From Macrostomum lignano (taxonomy: Eukaryota), in assembly GCA_002269645.1 (NCBI GenBank), contig NIVC01001529.1:41317-105316 (forward strand): a stretch of DNA of 64,000 nucleotides, written 5' to 3'. Below the pieces are notes generated by a model. The model made no database searches. It saw nothing but the letters and a program-made list of their open reading frames with translations, and was not told the DNA's origin. Below are positions 56,201 through 64,000 of this stretch, one piece after another. The position numbers and the translations under genes are program-made. Within the stretch, counting starts at the first letter, position 1. Each line of letters opens with the position of its first letter.

Positions 56201-57473
56201 GGATCCAGGATGAGACAGGTGGGGCATAGGATCAAGTATCCAGGATGAGACAGGTGGGGGATAGGATCAAGGATCCAGGATGAGACAGGTGGGGCATAGG
56301 ATCAAGGATCCAGGATGAGACAGGTGGGGGATAGGATCAGTCATTCAGGACAGGATACCACCCGAGCTAGGAGTGGCATGGGATCAAGGATGTGGCATTG
56401 GGATCAGTACATAATTAGCAAAAGTCTACCTGGTCCTGCCGGCTCACTCCGTATCGCCGGGCCACATTCTCGGCCGTGACGCCCATGTGCTTGGAGCTGA
56501 ATGCGTCAGTCAAGCCGTCGCACATAAGCGAATCCTGAGCAGTCCGATCGCCGAATTTCACGGGCCTACGCATGTGCAACAGGTGAGGCGCCAAGCTCAT
56601 GGACTCCTGGCCGCCGGCTACAACCAGATCGGAGGAGCCGCACTGGATGGCCTGGCAGGCGGTCACAACGGCGCGCAGGCTCGAGCCGCACAGCATGTTG
56701 ACCAGGTGGGCTGGCACCTGTAAGCGGGACAGTTTTTTGCTGACCAACTCAGAACTGGACGGAATTCAAGTCCAGATGCTAATTATCGAGCTCCATGGCA
56801 TAATGGTTATATGGGACGATGCAGAATCGGCAGGTGTGCGGCACCAGCTGCAGAGGGGGCAGGTGTGCGGCACCAGCTGCAGAGGGGGCAGGTGTGCGGC
56901 ACCAGCTGCAGAGGGGGCAGGTGTGCGGCACCAGCTGCAGAGGGGGCAGGTGTGCGGCACCAGCTGCAGAGGGGCGGAGCATCAGCAGACTAGACTAGAG
57001 ATCTCTGTAAGCGAAAAAAACCTACATCTACATGTAGTTGCATTTCATATACCCCATCTTAGAGGTCCTTGACCTTGGTAGCGCGCCTCTATTACTGCTG
57101 CAAAAATCATGCCAAGTGTTGTTTCCTCAAGTTCAATTCCTCGATGCAGCAAGCCATCGTGGGTTAAAAACTGAAAAAGTGAGTCTGTTACCTCAACAGG
57201 TATTCCAGCCAGCTTGGCAGCCTGCCTCGCCGGGTTCTGCCCGGCCCCAGAGGTGAGCACCTGGCCCAGCACCACCTCGTCAACGTCGGCCGGCGACAGG
57301 TCGTTGGCCCGGCGCAGGACCTCTCGGATGCACTGGGCGCCAAGGACGTGGGCAGGCACTTCGGCCAGCGCGCCCATAAACTTTCCAACTGGAGTTCGAA
57401 CCGCGCTAACGAGCACCACCTGGCGGACGGCGTCGGGCGCGCCGCCGGTTTTGCAGGTGACGGCTTCCGACAT
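53273..57473 (-). CDS. ACAT2: Acetyl-CoA acetyltransferase (thiolase, cytosolic ACAT2-like), 4 exons, ~416 aa
   Basis: Exons 57192..57473, 56430..56717, 53984..54313, 53273..53623, all phase 0. Motifs [22 protein letters not shown] (catalytic Cys), [32 protein letters not shown]. Orthology to ACAT2 is inferred. Confidence 0.93.
53671..53842. mobile_element. 172-bp foldback MITE with 8-bp TSD (hAT-type length) in thiolase intron 3
   Basis: TSD cccatgct at 53663..53670 and 53843..53850; near-perfect ~63-bp arms at 53680..53742 and 53773..53836. Confidence 0.85.
53851..54013. repeat. 61-bp tandem triplication of the thiolase exon 3 / intron 3 junction
   Basis: Three copies of TACGGACAG|GTGAGCAGTCT with GT at 53983, 53922 and 53861. 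Confidence 0.93.
54430..56340. repeat. 34-35-bp minisatellite ggatgagacaggtgggggataggatcaaggatcca filling thiolase intron 2
   Basis: About 55 copies, seen directly. Confidence 0.97.
56828..56975. repeat. 30-bp tandem repeat ggcaggtgtgcggcaccagctgcagagggg in thiolase intron 1
   Basis: About 5 copies. Confidence 0.9.
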
Positions 57474-58999
57474 TATCAAATTATAATCGTTTTTAGCATG
57501 AAGATTTTTTGAGTAGTTAAACAAATTTAGAAAGAAATATTCGATGCTTGCCTACTTCAATAAGTAGCTCGGTCAATACCAAATAAAGAACTAATAAAAT
57601 ATTCTCCTTATCTCGCATTTATATCTGATTGGCTATTTACCAATTTTATCGCGAATTCAGTGGTCCACTAATTATCGCCCGATTAATAGTTCATTGCATA
57701 TATCATCAACTAACTGCGCCATCACATCTCTGGGATAGCTCAATTATAAACTAATTTTTTAAGTAACTATTGTAAGTTGGCTAATTGACTGATAAAACAA
57801 TAGAGACTTGTATGCTGATTCAAAGTTTGTGTCTTTATACTACTTACTTAATCGTACTAGTAAAAGTAGCATAGAAACAACTTAAGTGACGGTGTAACGA
57901 TATTAAAAAAAGCAAATATTTTTCCTTTATTGTCCTTTTCAACTATTAAACAATGACAGGGATTAAAAGATTAACGGTCAAGATTACTAGCTAGTGCAAA
58001 TAAAGCAATAAAATAATTATTAAAATAAAGCCAAAACGGCTGGCCTGGATAATACGATGGAGCTGTGCTGCACGCGATTGGACACATACTACTGGCAGTA
58101 GGAGTTCAAAGGTTCACTGGATAAAGCCGATACACAACGACAACAAAATGCGTGTATTTCAATTATTACCAACAGCCGAGAGATACTTCTTAAAATGAAT
58201 CAAAATGAATTTTAATAATACTACATTTATAGAAAATTATCCGGTTAACAAGTTTTTATTTTTAAAACGAAAACTTTTTTTAGTAAAAAAATAGGTTGAC
58301 ACAAAAATCTTAGTAAATTTCTGAGCAGATTGCAATATTCATGACTTTGATGACCATAGCATCAATGAAATGTGCATAGCAAAGGGGAATGTTTAATTAT
58401 ATAGACGAAAGCATCGGATTTATATAACAGGTTTGTAAATTGTAAAAAACATGGCTTTTATATAACAGTTTAATGGCATTAATTACATTGGTGTGCTGGC
58501 AGGTTGGGAGATAATAGATATAATTAGTTAATAAATACAAATATTCTACAATAATCAACATTGAAACATCCGACATTTGATTCACAGGTTACAACACAAA
58601 TTAATATATGATTTAAAAATCGCACTTTTTAAGTATATCCGAATGTTTAAACAAGGATAGAAGATTCTTAGAAAATCCGCTATACCAGATTCATGGAAAC
58701 ACACCAGAATTTCTAAGAACCATCTAACTGATTTCTAGAAGCTCCAATTGAGGAAACCCCGGAAACAACAAATTAATCTTAAAAGAACGATTCAAGTTTA
58801 AGAAACTAACCATGTCTTAGAGACAATCAAAGATATTAGAATAATTATTAGATACTTCACTTTTGTAATAAAAAATCAATTGAGGTCTGAAAATTGCAGG
58901 AAAAATTAAAAACCACAAATCCACTGCGTGCATAGCGAGCAAGAGAGAAAAGGGGTCGCGCCCGAGCCCCCAGCCAGGTCGAAAAACAGCTTGGTTTTC

Positions 59000-59295
59000 C
59001 TCTGCCCTCCTTACTGCTCTCTCATTGGCTGAGCCAGATTGGGCCTGCGCCCCATACTGAGTTTCGTCCATGTGACTTTGACCTCTCTCCTTACTGCTCT
59101 CTCATTGGCTGAGCCAGATTGGGCCTGCGCCCCAGGAGTTTCGTCCATCTGACTTTGACCTCTCTCCTTACTGATCTCTCATTGGCTGAGCCAGATTGGG
59201 CCTGAGCCCCAGACTGAGTTTCGTCCATCTGACTTTGACCTCTCTCCTTACTGCTCTCTCATTGGCTGAGCTAGATTGGGCCTGCCCCCCAGAAT
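59000..59295. repeat. ~80-bp tandem repeat, 4 copies, each with two ATTGG motifs
   Basis: ttactg anchors at 59011, 59091, 59168 and 59248. Confidence 0.9.
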
Positions 59296-59893
59296 GAATT
59301 TCGTCCGTCTTGCGTTCACTTGCGTACAATTGAGTTAAATGCTTGTTGTTTATTCTTAACCCCATATATACTCCTGAGGCCGCAAACCCCAAGAAAGGAA
59401 CGGAAAGTTTAGCTGCCACATTAAATATAAGTTATAATGCGCAGACAAACTACTCAAAAAAGAGTAGACGGTCTTCTTTTTGAAAACTTTAATAATCAAG
59501 CTCATAGTCAAGATAATCAAGCAAGGCCATTCCTGTCTGCAAAAAGTTCAGTCCATTCCTAGGAACCCCCTGATTTTATGAAAAGAAACGACCAACAAGT
59601 TCTAATAAATTTTGAATCTTGATTAGTCGCTTTGTCGAAAACTCTCAAGCAATTTCTGGAAAAGATACCTGCCCTTTGGAAGGCAACTGAACCCTTGACC
59701 TCCGCTAGATGGCTCCACAGTTGCAGCTCAGCAAAGTTAAGCAATAAATCCTAATTCCATAGGGCAGCTACCCACTCTGTCTCGAGGTGCCTGCTTTGAA
59801 AAGTCTTGAATTTCCCTTAGTAATAATTAGTTGTTTAGAGTAATAAATGAATTACTCAGTCTCAGTTCAGCCGCAAAGCTCCAACTCAATAGC

Positions 59894-61592
59894 TCAGCGG
59901 TCCCCACCCAGGCCGAGGATAATAAGGAAAATGAACACCACATCCATGTACAGCTGCAGAGCTCCGAAAACGTACTCCTCCTCGGACAGGTTGTATTTAC
60001 GACCGCCGATAACTCTCTGCGTGTCGAAGATGAGAAACAGAGTGAGCAGCAGGGCCACCAGGCCGCCGTAGACGCAGTCCAGGATGCGCAGTTTAAGGTA
60101 GTCGCCCGGTTGGCCTCGGTAGGCAGCGAAGGTGATGCCGCAGGCCAGGCCAAACAGCAGCACGACAAGGCAGAGGCCGAACAGCAGCCCGGAGCACAGC
60201 GTGAAGTCGATGCGGGTCTGCACGGCGAACAGCGTCACGCCCACGCAGACCAGAACGGTGACGCCCAGGCAGATTAGCACCTGCCAGGTGTGAATTGATT
60301 GCAGATCTTGATTGACTCATAGGTTCTGTTGCGTACTTTTGGGTCAAGTTTTGGTACCGGCTTTGGGTTCGGGTTCTGTGTTCGGGTTACGGTGCTCTGG
60401 TTGGGTTCAAGGTTCCATGTATTGTGTTCGAGTTGTGTTCTGGGTGTTCGGCTTAGGTTCTAGGTGTTCGGGTTGGGTTCCATGTATGGTGTTCGGGTTG
60501 GGTTCAATGTATGGTGTTCGGGTTGGGTTCAATGTATGGTGTTCAGGTTGGGTTCAATGTATGGTGTTACGGTTGTGTTCCATGTATGGTGTTAGGGTTG
60601 GGTTCAATGTATGGTGTTACGGTTGTGTTCCATGTATGGTGTTAGGGTTGGGTTCAATGTATGGTGTTACGGTTGTGTTCCATGTATGGTGTTAGGGTTG
60701 GGTTCAATGTATGGTGTTCGGGTTGGGTTCGTGTAGAATGTTTGGGTTGGGTTCCGTGTGTCCGGGTTGGGTTCTGTGTAGAATGTTTGGGTTGGGTTCC
60801 GGGTGATAAGGTTTGATTTAGAATTTGAAGCATGACTTTCGATTTGGGTACCTTCTGCGACCTAAGAAATTAAGCAGGATTAGAAAGAAAAAAGTGAATA
60901 CATGTAGGTTTTGATCGCGTACTTGTACAGTCGTCACTATTGCTAATTTCCTAAGGAAGATTATAAAGAAAAATCATCCATCCTGAAAGCCAGGTATTTA
61001 GGTATCTATGAGCCACAGAATTTCAGCAATCCCCCCATAAGCCTTAAATCTTAGCAACCCCCCCCCCCGCGAGACTGAGCCACGATTCCAGTCCGAATTG
61101 CAACACGCACCGAATTGGTGCTGTACTGAGCGGCAATCACGGCAGCCACAAAGGTGAGAGCCACGGTGAACACAGTCAGAGCCACCATATTCCATGGATA
61201 TTTGCGCCTAAGCGACATCATGCAGACCAGCATGATGTACACAACGATGAACACAGCGTAGGCAATGTAGGCAATCCACCTGTGGTCACGAGCAAATTGA
61301 CGCAAAGCCGGCACCAGACTAACTAGCAGCACTATGCCAAAGGTGAAGGCTAACTGGGCGCTCAGGATCAGGTAGACTTTGCGGATGAAGCCTCGTCTAA
61401 TAGATTTGTCATTGAAGCGAAGCCACGCCGTCCTGATGCTGCTCAGGCTGAGACTGCTGGCCAGTTGCTGGTGGCATGACAACAGCCACCTGATCACCCG
61501 TATGCATGGCCTGCTGCGTAGGAGGGCGGAGGCGCTGGATAAGGAGCAGAGTTTGCAGGCTGCTGCTGCTTTGGATCGGGATTGTAAGACAT
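59894..61592 (-). CDS. TMBIM / Bax-inhibitor-1 family, lifeguard (GRINA/FAIM2)-like, 2 exons, ~288 aa; two 1-nt insertions in exon 1
   Basis: Exons 61111..61592 and 59894..60280. After removing 2 nt: MSYNPDPK..PPPSYEQAM..SFNDKSIRRGFIRKVYLIL..RRKYPWN..QTRIDFT..IFDTQ..EEYVFGALQLYMD; both pH-sensor Asp positions are present. Confidence 0.88.
60375..60800. repeat. Degenerate gggttgggttcaatgtatggtgtt repeat in the TMBIM intron
   Basis: Seen directly. Confidence 0.85.
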
Positions 61593-62798
61593 TCTTGCTG
61601 ATCTTTGATTAGCAAAGGAGCTTCAGCACATGCAAAAACAAGATAAAAAAGTGTCATGGGTAAGACAGCATGCCTAGTAAAAAACAGTAAAGCTATTATT
61701 GCAAATGCAGCATGAAAAACAGCCCTGTTGCCAACTTGGTCTAAAAATAGAAGTGGGTTATCAGAGTGGCAGTTTTGCTGTGAAATCCTCCCTTCCAGTA
61801 TGATACAAAATACTAACAATATATAAAATATTGATAGAGAATTCATTCCAGCATATATTGACCCCAAATCCCTAGTTTAAACATGTATTCATTTTTTGGT
61901 ATAAATGATATAATTGCCTATTAGAAAGTAGGCCCTTTTTGCAATCAGCCAATTGCTATACCTTTAGATAGACCCTTTTTATTTATTACATTAATTTCAG
62001 AATCTTAAAAAAATTAGGTCGTCCCCAATCATAGTCTTGCCTAATTTAAAAATTTGATCCTATCTTATATAACCTTTCAGCTTCATATAAAATATGAAGC
62101 ATTCATACTTCTATAATTTAGGATTCTAAGAATAATTAAACTTTTTTTATAGTCAAGATCATGTCTTATATAAAAGAATATATTTTAAGTATAAAAACTA
62201 TTTTAACACAATGAAACAATAGAAGTAAAAAAACAAAAAAAGCTAGATTTAAGTTAAAAATTAAATATTCTTCTTAAAATTTAAATCAGATTCATTTGTA
62301 TTCTAGTAAAAAATAAATAATGCCAATAGTAATGTTTTATTGTTAGGGCCTCTATATACATTATATATATATTTATTTATATATAATATACCATTAGATC
62401 TATAGACAGAGATAGGTTTAGGCACTCATTATGCACATGATACTATGTAAATATTGCCATGTTATCTGCCTAGTTAATTATTGTTATTTATAAAGTAAGC
62501 AGTGTTAGGCACCAATAATAAAAATCTTTAACTTCTATTAATGCCAAAAGCATTAGTATTAAAACAAAAAATCTTAATTTATTAACTCTTGATTTTGTTA
62601 AGTTAACAAAGTTAACTGGTAATTATAAATAAGCATTAATCCATATAAGTTAGGGGCCTAACACAAAAAATATAGGAAGTATAATTATATATTTTAAAAA
62701 GCTAAACTAAATAGCAAATAATCAAATATATACTATATATTAGCTAGAGCAAATCTATAGATATTTAAAAATTGTACACAACTAGGCTACCATACTGA

Positions 62799-63150
62799 GG
62801 GGCCTAGCCCAGCAGTAGCACAGCTGCTCTAGTGTGCCAACAACCCAGGCCAATTCACATTAATTTGGAGCTGAATTGGAATCTCAGATTGGCTCTGCTT
62901 ATGCAATTAATGGCCTTGAGAGCCAACCCCCAAGGCGCAGTGAAGTGTACATGCCTAACGATAATATAAAGTTAGGGCCACTATAGACTCCTGTGTAAGT
63001 ATGTGTCTGTGTACATATCCATGTGCTTGTATGCCTACTCAGGGAAGTCGGCGCTAAGTGGAATGGGCAATAATGCCTCTTGCCAGTTGTGTTCCTATGT
63101 CGCTTAAAGTGCGCCAGGGTACACAACCCCCCCCTGCCTCTAATAAAAAA
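62799..63150 (+). mobile_element. SINE copy 4 (full length, heavily C>T/G>A mutated), 12-bp TSD
   Basis: TSD aggctaccatac at 62784..62795 and 63150..63161; colinear with copy 2. Confidence 0.88.
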
Positions 63151-64000
63151 GGCTACCATACAATTCATTGGCAAAGACTTTTGGATACTAGAAAACTTTG
63201 AAAATTGAAAATTCTATCTTTCTGTTTTTTATGCCTTGGGTATATAGTTAGCAGTCTCAGCCCTGAGCCTCAGCATGAAGATAATTACATAACATTTTAA
63301 GATTTTAATTGACTGCAAGAAACTACAAATTACCATAGATAAGGGTTTTCTAGTTCTTCTAGAAATCTAAAAGGCAGGCAGGCTAGCTAATAACAATTAC
63401 AATTATTGTACAATAACCAGCTAGCTAGGCCTAGTTATCTGATAATAAAGTCTATCTAGAAAAGGCCTTTTCATATTGCTTGTTCTTGTTTTAGAACAGA
63501 TCCAATTTGTAAAGTATAATTTATGTGTCTCCTAAAATAGATGGACGTGTGCTATGAATACTAAAGTTGTAATTATTGAATGGCAACAGCCAAGAAGAAA
63601 GTGAAATTGTGCAAAGTGGGGCTATTAAGGCAGTAAAACATTCAACAAAGTTAAATAGGTTTACTGTTTTTTGGAAGATCCTAACCGCTTCTGATTCTGG
63701 CAATGTGAAAAGCCACCCAAGGTTGCGCCGCGCAGTGTTATAAATTTAATGTCGGAACTACAAATACAATTTCAATTTCGCGCGATTGCTATTTCTGTAG
63801 AAGTTATCGAAAATTAAAAAATCCGGCAGCCGACAAAAAAAAGATAAAAAATTAAACCTAAGTTAAAAACTGCAGTCAAGGCGAGACATCCTTGACCTTA
63901 AGTCGAACAGTTCAAATAAATATAGCATATTAGTGCTGGATTTCAGTTTTAGAAACTTGTAAGTTGGAGACATATAATAGAGGTCGCGGATTCGATTTTC

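Noticed and set aside
50727-61592. Operon-like cluster of same-strand genes (TMBIM, thiolase, GOLGA7, MED25-like)
   Set aside because: Intergenic gaps are 1.5-2.6 kb and repeat-filled, and I recognised no spliced-leader gene or signal; it cannot be supported without trans-splicing data.

Overview
Eukaryotic, animal-type genomic DNA with GT-AG introns. The GC-rich exons and introns packed with unrelated minisatellites resemble the flatworm Macrostomum; this identification is inference only. I rebuilt ten spliced or intact genes by hand: a Rac-family GTPase (first exon only), a GT32/DXD glycosyltransferase, a kinase-less tandem-SH2 protein, SSUH2, an 8-exon ammonium transporter, a divergent IAP (BIR-like/UBA-like/RING), a divergent MED25 (VWA+ACID), GOLGA7/Erf4, a thiolase and a TMBIM/lifeguard protein. 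Three further exon-like blocks are unassigned. Mobile DNA: a full-length young Ty3/gypsy (Mag-like) LTR element, a degenerate RNase H-bearing LINE 3' fragment, four copies of a tRNA-headed SINE (one interrupted by a second insertion), a 172-bp foldback MITE and a dispersed ~285-bp repeat. About 30 tandem arrays and one N-gap make up much of the rest. Highlights: (1) the LTR element inserted exactly in a perfect AAG|GTAAGT splice donor and leaves a donor at both junctions; (2) its internal region is coding from first to last base; (3) a tandem SH2-only adaptor built by duplicating an exon set; (4) a CpG-depleted, C>T/G>A hypermutated domain at 61.6-63.7 kb; (5) splice signals entangled with tandem repeats. 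Six 1-nt frameshifts in four loci suggest long-read consensus errors, so pseudogene calls are unsafe. All counts and alignments were done by eye.
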